64,000 nt of DNA from a virus, in the IMG/VR virus record IMGVR_UViG_3300025949_000023, positions 1-64,000 of that record. The stretch is one strand, 5' to 3'. The notes beneath the pieces were generated by a model. That model ran no database searches. It was not told the origin of the DNA and saw nothing but the letters and a program-made list of their open reading frames with translations. How positions within the stretch are numbered: the first letter of the stretch is position 1; every line of letters starts with the position of its first letter. This document shows positions 9,401 through 17,369 of the stretch, piece after piece. The translations under genes were made by a program, and so were the position numbers.

Positions 9401-10610
9401 TGCTGCCTTGTGGGGTATTGGCTATTTTTACTTTACCGTAACGGTCTACGTTAACAAACAAGCTATCATTCTGCTTAATAGTAAGCAAGCTACCAGTATT
9501 GGGAGATATTACTGTTGGGTTTATGGTAACTATATTATAAGTAGCACCCGCACCGCCTGTTACACCCATGCTTACTTTTGGTGTAAACGCCCATACGGTT
9601 TGGTTGTCTGTACCTGTACTGTCAAGCAACGTATAATCCACTTCTGATATATTCCCCTCTAATAAAGTACCACCTATGTATTGATGCAATGGCAATAATT
9701 TATTGGTACGGAATATTACATCAGAAGCCCCTAAACTTGTTCCATTATTCTGCCTGCTTATACCCCAATCGAGCGTACTTTGTTTACCATTATTAAAATG
9801 CCCCCAATAAAGCCCTGCCTGTATGGTGTCAGTTCCTTTGGTAGTAATTTCAAAATTTCGGTATTCTATTGGGTCAGCTACCTGTCCTTCATATATAAAC
9901 CTTCTGCCACTTGCATAAGGCATATCAAAGTCTCCGTAGTTTCTTGTTATTGGGGTTATTAATGAAATGCTGTCGGCATTTACATAAATATCGCTGCTGG
10001 ATATATTATTATTTGCGTAAATGTGTGTAGCCCCATTAGGCTCTGCGACAAGCCCGGTGCTTGCAGATGTAGATATTTTTTGAGCTGCTACAAAAGCCCC
10101 ATTACTATTAACGCCAACTCGATTAAGCGTATCTCCCGTTGCTCCATGACTTGTTACAAGACCATTTCCTTCACCATTAGTCAGCAAACCGTATAGGTCT
10201 ACCGTAAATCCTTTAGAGCTGTCAAAATTTATTATATGCCCGTGCTGGTTCACATAATAATCAGCTAACAAGTCGGGGTTTTCAGCCATTGTGCTATTCC
10301 ATGATGGGGGTGTAGTTATTCCGCCTGTTGTAACCGGCACCCAGGCGTTCCCGCCTATACTCCATATATACATGGTGTCCCCATGGAATCGAATGCCATT
10401 AAGGCCATCTACCGGTTTATAGTCGCCGATACGCGGTGTAAACTGTACGCCGAAACTGTCCAGGCGTACTATACCTATTTCGTAATAAGCGCTTGTAGCG
10501 CGCGGGCTGGGCAGCGTAGAAGGCTTTGCTGTCTGCGAGTAAGCTATTATGCTTACAAATAAAAATAAAGCCGTAAATAAGGCTTTAAATGCTTTTGGGA
10601 ATAGTTTCAT
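6435..10610 (-). CDS. tail spike/fibre with pectate-lyase-like beta-helix (depolymerase) and N-terminal signal peptide
   Basis: NVAWFGAVDD..TDNKAAIQLAIN beta-helix entry motif, Asn-ladder repeats, GILPIANGGTGA fibre motif. Confidence 0.75.
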   Translation of the reverse strand: MKLFPKAFKALFTALFLFVSIIAYSQTAKPSTLPSPRATSAYYEIGIVRLDSFGVQFTPRIGDYKPVDGLNGIRFHGDTMYIWSIGGNAWVPVTTGGITTPPSWNSTMAENPDLLADYYVNQHGHIINFDSSKGFTVDLYGLLTNGEGNGLVTSHGATGDTLNRVGVNSNGAFVAAQKISTSASTGLVAEPNGATHIYANNNISSSDIYVNADSISLITPITRNYGDFDMPYASGRRFIYEGQVADPIEYRNFEITTKGTDTIQAGLYWGHFNNGKQSTLDWGISRQNNGTSLGASDVIFRTNKLLPLHQYIGGTLLEGNISEVDYTLLDSTGTDNQTVWAFTPKVSMGVTGGAGATYNIVTINPTVISPNTGSLLTIKQNDSLFVNVDRYGKVKIANTPQGSSSDSILVKGTTDSVVKAVAATAFSGATNFASIAAMQAYTGASTSVYVTDTLRGGNFLLVNSSTLTADGGTRFAATGLGANKWWVRQYSQANGLNVAWFGAVDDWDLLTGTGTDNKAAIQLAINAYPARNTKVIFTKRNTGIWGVGDSLILGNGTVIEGQNPLFPTQFVNATDSIIYKIMTGVIFYNNTNGFVTSASEVTNYRSQGINIKNIAILGNQRPGTGVRLMLMRQTTNSTAGLKTVGLGKIYNVYFNGGDTSFTGYGTTDSWSFNECHFTNSSVAISGGTGQHYILNNDFYNLSKKAVISRCTSSPGDIIQYNEFETRYADSCVVEVQGTFTKIGVNNFLTNGKCIIVRGTAQNTEVYSNNFWRNSDDNITVDSSNYVTSIHNNNFEFNSVTSSLNYNRVAATFNNAQRFVWARKSNVLSVMSNTITKSGTNAYTGTNPMVFDTVNNVQTVFNYDTSAINAFPDERAFSFTGSTFQGAYDVSTRRIAGNLTAVAGINANNLSTGTAANGLYLDASGNFIKGSVPAATTSIPAKAIVFRGVNDITGTTNFNYDSVQNFVGLGATTPAARLNIGGTVIGALGTNGNIYRQNTMTITDTTTATGTITTVTANMSNSVTFTTGGVSPQTLTVTNLINNRFSPAIAGSGITMSGTGGIYAVGLTGAQLFTAGTSTIPSFVIPNGTVASSNLITGMVTAESNVIKYYNGTNWMRQAQYTNANNATGDILVANGTSTFNQLADIATGNVLISGGVGVAPLYGKVGLTTHVSGILPIANGGTGAATVAANTVFGNNTASTAAPAFSTSLAITGTGSFGYAGAPRSNVNIASLHSIYAHDTLIGNGILDSGNATIIGNLSLPQSGSITTATTFAYSGAVTGFYPTVINFSTGRYEVLDPPVASTSSTNISLSYAGDYAFTGTTGTYTLPAVDTNKRGRWFKITVKNAGSGNLTVNSNAGGNDIYDTSAVNTLTIAAGNSRDFVLLGSLFYVE

Positions 10611-10635
10611 ATTGGGAAAGTGTTTCCCAAATGTA
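10595..10635 (-). promoter_or_regulatory. promoter -7 box with TTGGGAA(A) operator-like sites
   Basis: TACATTTG at 10635-10628; TTGGGAA at 10595 and 10612, inverted copy at 10623-10630. Confidence 0.55.
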
Positions 10636-10710
10636 GAATATTTGGCTGATTGATAGCCACGGCATTATCTTAGCATCACTTTCATTTAATAATCATAAAC
10701 TAAAAAACAC

Positions 10711-10974
10711 ATGAAAAAAGCAATCATTGCTACCATCGCACTCATTGGCCTTTTCTCTTTTCAATCGCCAAACACGCAACGTTTTTACCAGTTTGCAGTA
10801 CCGGAAAACTACGCCAGGCAGGCTGTATTGTTAGTGCAGGGCCACTCCGAACAGGTAAGCGCCGCCGATAGCCGGTTAATAGAAGATTATATCGTAAACC
10901 AATACCTGCAGCAATCACGTAACTTTTACGTGCAGGACAGCACTAAGGCTGCACAATCAAAAGGAAAGCATTAA
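10711..10974 (+). CDS. small exported protein
   Basis: MKKAIIATIALIGLFSF signal peptide; AAACACATG start; convergent with the tail genes. Confidence 0.65.
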   Translation: MKKAIIATIALIGLFSFQSPNTQRFYQFAVPENYARQAVLLVQGHSEQVSAADSRLIEDYIVNQYLQQSRNFYVQDSTKAAQSKGKH

Positions 10975-11555
10975 ACCAGCGGGATAAAGTATAGGCCGGT
11001 AACAATATAAGTTTCGCCGTCCGATACGCCTTGATTGAACGTTACAACAGCATTATCATCACTATACGCCACACTTACCGATACCTGTAATGGGTCATTC
11101 TCTGGTAAGTTGGCGTTTGGTGTTTCTACAGATATGCTTTGGTTTAAAATATCCGATACATTTATAGTTAATTCTGTATCTCCGGCATTCATAGGTGAGC
11201 CGGGTTGACCTACAGTAAACTGTATTCTTAAAAACGATATTGAGGTTTTCACGCCTGTAGATGGGTTTACAATTACACCACCGGCATTGTCCAGTATTTG
11301 ATTGGCCTGCGCAATATACTTTCCACACAAAGAATACATATAAGTAGCCACGGCCTGAAAATTAGTGCTACTACTGTCCCACGTAAAAGCCCAGCCAACA
11401 ATATCCGCAAAAAACCCTAAAAGGAAAGGTAGTTTGTTATTCCCCTTAGTTGTGCCCCACTGCATCACCCCCTGCCGTGAATTATCATCCGCAGCAAGAA
11501 ACTGGCTTATTTCAGCCGTATCAATCCATGTCGTTATAGTTGCCGGGTTTATCAT
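10971..11555 (-). CDS. putative tail/hub structural protein
   Basis: Position between cargo and spike genes; beta-rich C-terminus. Confidence 0.5.
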   Translation of the reverse strand: MINPATITTWIDTAEISQFLAADDNSRQGVMQWGTTKGNNKLPFLLGFFADIVGWAFTWDSSSTNFQAVATYMYSLCGKYIAQANQILDNAGGVIVNPSTGVKTSISFLRIQFTVGQPGSPMNAGDTELTINVSDILNQSISVETPNANLPENDPLQVSVSVAYSDDNAVVTFNQGVSDGETYIVTGLYFIPLV

Positions 11556-12085
11556 TGGAAAAATATTGTAGAGTTGTTTGCAATGGCATTAAACCTGTTT
11601 ATCGCGGCTTGGGCGCTTGATTGGTCTTGACGGTAACCAGCTATTGTAGCCATTTTATAGTTGCTGTATACGGCCATGAAATTCTGCCAGTAGTTTGGAA
11701 TATTTAGCACCGAAGGGTCGGCCTGTATCTGCTGGCTAATGCCATACAAAAACTGTAGCATATTTGCCGTCAAGGTATAAATGGCACTTGACGTGTATGT
11801 ATTTGCGGAATCCGGTGAAACAGGTGTCAATATCAAATCAATCCTTAAAGCATAATCAGCCGTCTGGCCATCTATGGTTAGTATATCGCTGGGGTAATTG
11901 GTGTATGAAAAAGGTGTAGGCGTATATGTTTGTAGCGTTCCGTCTGAATAGTAAATATTCAATACCCTGCTTGAAATGGCAGATTTACCCCCTACCAGGT
12001 CGTCATAGTTGCTGGTGTCCTGCACCGAATATGATGCACCTGTGGATGCTTGTACTACCTGTATTGCGGCAACGAAAGCTGGCAT
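11552..12085 (-). CDS. putative tail/hub structural protein
   Basis: Position in the module and 4-nt overlap with the next gene. Confidence 0.5.
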   Translation of the reverse strand: MPAFVAAIQVVQASTGASYSVQDTSNYDDLVGGKSAISSRVLNIYYSDGTLQTYTPTPFSYTNYPSDILTIDGQTADYALRIDLILTPVSPDSANTYTSSAIYTLTANMLQFLYGISQQIQADPSVLNIPNYWQNFMAVYSNYKMATIAGYRQDQSSAQAAINRFNAIANNSTIFFQ

Positions 12086-12143
12086 AACTTTAAGATTGTG
12101 GTGTAAATATATTATTTTTCGATTGGCTTTTCTTTATTTACCA

Positions 12144-15100
12144 CTAATCAGGATTTTTGGGCTTGTTTACGTGTACGCCTGTTCCAAGCATATTCATAAT
12201 CATCATTGTCCAATCGTTTTCACCCTGCGCCCCTGTAAGTAAATTCTGAATAGGTATAGGTGTCATGCCACGAGCCTGAGAGCCAATGAATGAAGGCATA
12301 GTTGCCCAAAAGTTCCCCTGCTGCCCGCCATAGTTCCACTTAGAGAATTGACCGGTAAGTTTACCGCCTTTTTGTTCCCCAGGTATATGGTATATTCCTT
12401 TTTTATTATGGCCGGCTTTTTTATAAACGCCCTTATCATCCATACCTAACAGTTCATCTAATGTTGTCCAGCTTTTACCTTGCCAGTCTTTCCCCGTTCC
12501 CATTTCAACTGCCGCTTTGGTTAAAAATGCTGTTTTAGCTGATAAAAATTTAACTGGGTCCTCTACTGCTTTTATTGGGTCTGAGTATGCTCCAAATATA
12601 CTGAAATATGCCTTTTTACCTTTGTCTCCACCCGCCCAATGGTATAAAGGAGAAATATCTACCATAAGCCATCTTAAATCTCCATACTCCCACGCTTCCT
12701 TATACCTGCGAGTAAAGGCCTGTTCCCAGTCCTCTCCATCTTGTTCATCCATAAATGATAGTGCTGCATTGGTAAAAGCAGTTATCATAGCACCCCTCAA
12801 AATAACACGCGCCCATGCTTTTCTGTACAATGTACCTTCTTCTCCTAAATCGAAAGCCTTTTTAGCAAATCGAAGGTTAGAAAAAGTCCAGTCAGTAGCC
12901 AAAAAAATCAATGATGAAATATGCCTAACTGTTGGGTCGCGCATAATATTCGGTATGCTTTTATTGGTAAACGGTATTTTGGTTTCCCTTATCCTATCCC
13001 AATTAATACCTCCATACTGGTCATTAATTAATGATGCCACACGCTGCGCAACTTCATTTGGATTTGCTTCTGGGTTTTTTCTTAACTCATGCTTGTATAA
13101 ATTAACAGCCTCAAAGGCCTTTAAACCTGCTCCGTAAGTCTCAAACAGCCTTTTGTGCATAGCTTCGTTCAAAGCCTTCATTTTATCTTTCGATACCTTG
13201 GTAAATGCGGTTTTATCCATCTGCTTGTCCAGCCAACTTTGATGGCTGCTAATGCCTTCTTCAAAATCTGCCCTACGCCCAATAGTAAGCCCACCGCGTA
13301 TTAGTTTTATTAACTCCGGAGATTGTTCTTCAATAAGTTTTATACCTCCGTCGCGGGCAGTCAATGGATTTATATGAGGGCCGCCTTTTTCTCCTTTTCC
13401 AACCAAAAGATGGGCTAAAGAGAAGGCTCTGTTGTGATAAAATGAAAAAGATAAAATGGAGTGCTTTACATCCCTGTTAAATTTTGTCAGATTTTTAAGC
13501 CGTTCTTTAAGTATAGATGGTTGCGTAATTTGGTTTAAACTTCTGGCTATCTTTTTAGGGGCATATACACTTCTCTTTTCCATAACAGTGCCATTTGGGG
13601 AAATCAAAACATTTTTGTCACGTCCCAGCACTTGTATTTCATCGGGAGTATAGTCCTCTAACTTTTTATTATAAACCCATTTTTTAAATCCGTAAGATTT
13701 TATTTCTTCATATTCCGGCAGCTTACTGGTACTAAATAGCGGCTCCATTATTGGTTTCCCATCGAAGTCAGTTTCTCCGGTTTCATATTTAATACTTAGC
13801 CCATGGTTTAATAACTTTCTGGCCTCAATAACATTTCCTATTTCCTGCATTAAAATACCCAAGTTATTGGTAGCGCCCTGAATAGCCAGTTTATAACCTT
13901 TAGAGTACCCCTCAATTATTGTATCAAGAGTACGTTCAATAGTGTGCCTGGTATTTGTTTTAAACCGGCTCCATTGCTCCGTGGCCGGTTTGTCACCAAA
14001 GTCCCATGCGCGTGCCACGTAATTATCAATAACATCCCTTATTATCTCGCTGTTTTTAGCCAGCAAGCCTATCTGCTGGTATTGCGCTTTAATATCCTCA
14101 GCAATCTGTTTTTGCTCCGGTGTAAGGTTTTGGGACAAATCCACCAACTTCTGCTGGTCAGGCGTAAGCTTATCATAGTACCGCTGAAGGTGTTCTGGGT
14201 TTCTCTGTAAATCAAGATACAAGTGTATCGCCCGGTCTACGTTATTGGCTTTTTCCGTTCTGCCTTTCCCTTCGGGAACAGTAGCCCTTATTTGATTTTG
14301 CAAGTTTCTTACTGTTTGCTGGGAACGAAACCTCAGCACTTCCTTATTCCCCAAATATTCATCTTCTGTCTTGTAATATTCTTTCTCGGCTTTTTCAAGA
14401 CTATCAAATCTTTGTTTTTTAGTAAATGGATTGGCCTGCGCATCTCCAAGTATAGCCCTCGCTACACCCTCACTCATGTTTTGTGCCTTTAGGTAAGACA
14501 TGGCTTGTGCATCTGTTGCCCCATCCATAACGTATTGTGCAGCTTTTTCCCTGGCCTTATCATTAAGTCCAGTATTTTCACGCACTACCATTTCAGCCAA
14601 GTCCTGTTCATCTTGGTCTAATCCCTGTTTTTTAAGGTCAGCTACTGCCATCCTAATGGCATTAGTAATGTCAACTCCGGCCATTACAGAAGCGTGTATT
14701 ACATCAATAAACCCGTTCCATATTTGTGGGGGGAAGGGAAGGGAGTAAAGGCTATCTTCTTTTATTTTTAATTTAAGGATGGCATCAGAAATTCTTTGAC
14801 GTGTATTAGCATGCGTTTTCTCGTCTATTTGTGTTTGAGCAAACTCTTTATCTGTTTCGTTTATATCAGGAAACATTTCAACATTTGCCTGCTGGAGTTC
14901 CATTGAGGCGCCTTGTTCTGGCAGGCTGTCCCTGTACTCCCCCATAGCTTTCTTAACAAGTTCCTCTGTACGCCCCGCAGAAGCGATTTTAAGGTCTTTT
15001 TCCGGCACTTCACTCAGCATTGAGTAATCAGTACCCAAACGTTTGTTGACGCTGTTTAAAGCCTCATTAGGGTGCGAATAGCCCATATTCATAGCCCTGT

Positions 15101-15227
15101 CGAAATCAATCTTTGTCTGCTCAGGTGTTATGCGTACATCATTTTTTAGTGCATGGTCTAAAAAAGAAGAAACACCCTTTAGGGGGGTGCCATCAATAGT
15201 AAACGTACAATCTTTAAACTGTATCAT
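12144..15227 (-). CDS. large internal virion (ejected cargo) protein
   Basis: 1027 aa, helical, with C-terminal features typical of podovirus internal proteins (EMGTGKDWQG, PIPIQN). Confidence 0.55.
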   Translation of the reverse strand: MIQFKDCTFTIDGTPLKGVSSFLDHALKNDVRITPEQTKIDFDRAMNMGYSHPNEALNSVNKRLGTDYSMLSEVPEKDLKIASAGRTEELVKKAMGEYRDSLPEQGASMELQQANVEMFPDINETDKEFAQTQIDEKTHANTRQRISDAILKLKIKEDSLYSLPFPPQIWNGFIDVIHASVMAGVDITNAIRMAVADLKKQGLDQDEQDLAEMVVRENTGLNDKAREKAAQYVMDGATDAQAMSYLKAQNMSEGVARAILGDAQANPFTKKQRFDSLEKAEKEYYKTEDEYLGNKEVLRFRSQQTVRNLQNQIRATVPEGKGRTEKANNVDRAIHLYLDLQRNPEHLQRYYDKLTPDQQKLVDLSQNLTPEQKQIAEDIKAQYQQIGLLAKNSEIIRDVIDNYVARAWDFGDKPATEQWSRFKTNTRHTIERTLDTIIEGYSKGYKLAIQGATNNLGILMQEIGNVIEARKLLNHGLSIKYETGETDFDGKPIMEPLFSTSKLPEYEEIKSYGFKKWVYNKKLEDYTPDEIQVLGRDKNVLISPNGTVMEKRSVYAPKKIARSLNQITQPSILKERLKNLTKFNRDVKHSILSFSFYHNRAFSLAHLLVGKGEKGGPHINPLTARDGGIKLIEEQSPELIKLIRGGLTIGRRADFEEGISSHQSWLDKQMDKTAFTKVSKDKMKALNEAMHKRLFETYGAGLKAFEAVNLYKHELRKNPEANPNEVAQRVASLINDQYGGINWDRIRETKIPFTNKSIPNIMRDPTVRHISSLIFLATDWTFSNLRFAKKAFDLGEEGTLYRKAWARVILRGAMITAFTNAALSFMDEQDGEDWEQAFTRRYKEAWEYGDLRWLMVDISPLYHWAGGDKGKKAYFSIFGAYSDPIKAVEDPVKFLSAKTAFLTKAAVEMGTGKDWQGKSWTTLDELLGMDDKGVYKKAGHNKKGIYHIPGEQKGGKLTGQFSKWNYGGQQGNFWATMPSFIGSQARGMTPIPIQNLLTGAQGENDWTMMIMNMLGTGVHVNKPKNPD

Positions 15228-16493
15228 TTAGAAAGTGTTTATGCCAAGCTCTTTAAGGCGCTTAACTTTTTTGAAAATATTGTCTAAAGTACCACAATTA
15301 CAAACAACGCAGTCTCCCTTGATGGTTTCTGCTATTTTGTTGGCATCGTCCATGGCATCCTGCATTGTGTCGCCTAAACCTATACATGAGCCAATTTCTG
15401 CCATCTCAATGCCGCATGGTATAAAGTGCGGCACCCCGTCCTTGTACATCAAGTTTTTAATCTTTACCCTGTCTTTGTACTTAGTGGGGAAGTATATGGC
15501 CTGGCTTTCAGTGAGTGCCCACTCCGATTTTATTATTACCTGGGCGCCAAACTTAGCAGTGGGCTTTAAATCAGGCACCATGCCGTTTGCCATTTCCCAT
15601 ACCGCCTGTGGAAAGTTGCTGTATATTTCAAGTTGCAGGTCACCCGGTGGTTGCGGCATACGTGTGGTGGGGTCAATAAAATACCCTTTCTTCCCGTTCC
15701 ACCTTACTTCATTTGAGAAAAAGCACTTGTAACCTGCGCCGGCAAAAATGCCTGAAAGTTTTTTGTTTATATCTTTTAATACCTCGGGCAGCTCGTCATA
15801 CCGTACAATCTTTCCCAAATAACCGGCATCCTTATCTTCAATACCGGTCATTGCAATATCCGGGTAAAGGCCGTTAATGGAAAATCCATCGTAGCCAATT
15901 TCCTCAGCTGGGTCAACAGGGTCAACGGCAACAAACGTGGCCTGTTCGTCAAAAGCACCCAGCGTATGCTTCATTTCTGTTAGCCGGGATGCAGACAAAA
16001 GTTTATCATGATAGAGAAACGTTTCGCCGTTCCCGCGTATAACACTGGTTTTTATCCATTTTTCCTTCTCATTTTTGAGAAACTCGTTTAGTTTGCTAAA
16101 ACCATTCAATACTTTATAACCAGGTACAGGCAATCTTAAATCATCCAGCATTTCCATAAACTCGTCCCTATTTATCTCCATGGTTTCGCCCATGCGTGGG
16201 GCGAATACTGCTTTACCAAACTTGGTAACAAATAAGTCTGCCAGTGGCCCTTGGTAAATATCTACTATACAAACAAGGTCAACCTCCTCAATTACCTGCG
16301 CCCAATGGTCTACCCGCTCAATATCTGGCACATCCATCCCTATGGCAAAACTATTCCAACGCGGAAACGCGGCTTGCCAAAGCGTATTGTAATAAACTTT
16401 TTTGCAGTCGCGTGCCATACGCTGTGCAAAGGATACTTCATTTCCGTACCCAATTACAATACAGGTTACTTCTTTTATAGGTTTGAGTGCCAT
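15228..16493 (-). CDS. ATP-grasp ligase, PurD/GARS-like fold
   Basis: MEINR, WIKTS, EEIGYDGF, FFSNEVR...YFIDPTTRMPQP catalytic-type region; GARS-C-like tail (IGLGDTMQDA). Confidence 0.7.
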   Translation of the reverse strand: MALKPIKEVTCIVIGYGNEVSFAQRMARDCKKVYYNTLWQAAFPRWNSFAIGMDVPDIERVDHWAQVIEEVDLVCIVDIYQGPLADLFVTKFGKAVFAPRMGETMEINRDEFMEMLDDLRLPVPGYKVLNGFSKLNEFLKNEKEKWIKTSVIRGNGETFLYHDKLLSASRLTEMKHTLGAFDEQATFVAVDPVDPAEEIGYDGFSINGLYPDIAMTGIEDKDAGYLGKIVRYDELPEVLKDINKKLSGIFAGAGYKCFFSNEVRWNGKKGYFIDPTTRMPQPPGDLQLEIYSNFPQAVWEMANGMVPDLKPTAKFGAQVIIKSEWALTESQAIYFPTKYKDRVKIKNLMYKDGVPHFIPCGIEMAEIGSCIGLGDTMQDAMDDANKIAETIKGDCVVCNCGTLDNIFKKVKRLKELGINTF

Positions 16494-16503
16494 TATAAGT
16501 TAT

Positions 16504-16890
16504 TTAGAGTTCCATTACAGTTCTATCGTACTCCGGCCAGGATATACCAGCGTAAGCGCACATCATCATTTCGATGGAAGTTGCGAAAGTATGCTCGGCT
16601 TTATAGGGGGCACCTTCACTAAACCCCGGCTCACTGTCTGCTGGTACAAGTCCCTGCTGCCTGCGCTTTTCGTAGTATAAGTCATAGTCAAGTATTTGCT
16701 GTTCAGTTATTCCCTTCCATTTGGTAAGGCGCTCCTCAATCAGTTCGTGGATGGCCACAAGTGTTTCGTACTTTTCATCACCCATTTCGCTTACGCGTAT
16801 CTGCAGCACCCCCAAATCATCATAAAAATAATCGCCGCATGTTTCATAACGTTGACTATTGTGAGGTATGGTTTTAATGTGTATTTCCAT
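16504..16890 (-). CDS. small putative metal-binding protein (HExxE)
   Basis: IPHNSQRYETCGDY, VAIHELIE and EHTFA motifs. Confidence 0.55.
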   Translation of the reverse strand: MEIHIKTIPHNSQRYETCGDYFYDDLGVLQIRVSEMGDEKYETLVAIHELIEERLTKWKGITEQQILDYDLYYEKRRQQGLVPADSEPGFSEGAPYKAEHTFATSIEMMMCAYAGISWPEYDRTVMEL

Positions 16891-16891
16891 T

Positions 16892-17368
16892 TTACTTCAT
16901 TGCAGATACGTAATTACCGGCCGCATCCGGTTTGTCAATGTTTGTACCGGCCTTTATAGATTGTACACGCTGGCTCACACTACCACCCTGTTTGGTAAAA
17001 TAATCCTGCACAACATTAGGTGAAGCGTTTTTATAGATATAATTCACGATTTCACCCTTATCATTCTTTATTACCACATCCATTTGGTTGTTTGACTTCC
17101 CCACCACCGCTATGTGGCCTCTCGCATTTTGACCTGGTATTATCACATTATTAAACAGTGCGTAGTTTGACCGGTAAGTAATTTCCCCTTTATAATCCGT
17201 TTCGTGGTACCAGCCTTCTTTCCTTGCTGTTTCGGCCTGGTCCCCCCATGGTGTAAAGTCCTGCTCTTTTGGCGCCGGTGGTTTATTCATCATTTTGGAT
17301 GCCTGTAAAAGAGCAACCATTTTTCCCGTTTTGGGACTATTATTGTTGTTGGCACTACCTGCGGGCAT
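16892..17368 (-). CDS. hypothetical protein in the cargo module
   Basis: Abuts both neighbours with 1-nt gaps. Confidence 0.55.
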   Translation of the reverse strand: MPAGSANNNNSPKTGKMVALLQASKMMNKPPAPKEQDFTPWGDQAETARKEGWYHETDYKGEITYRSNYALFNNVIIPGQNARGHIAVVGKSNNQMDVVIKNDKGEIVNYIYKNASPNVVQDYFTKQGGSVSQRVQSIKAGTNIDKPDAAGNYVSAMK

Positions 17369-17369
17369 A

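Noticed and set aside
15228-16493. Assigning the symbol purD
   Set aside because: Lacks the GxGGRE N-terminal signature and any purine-pathway context
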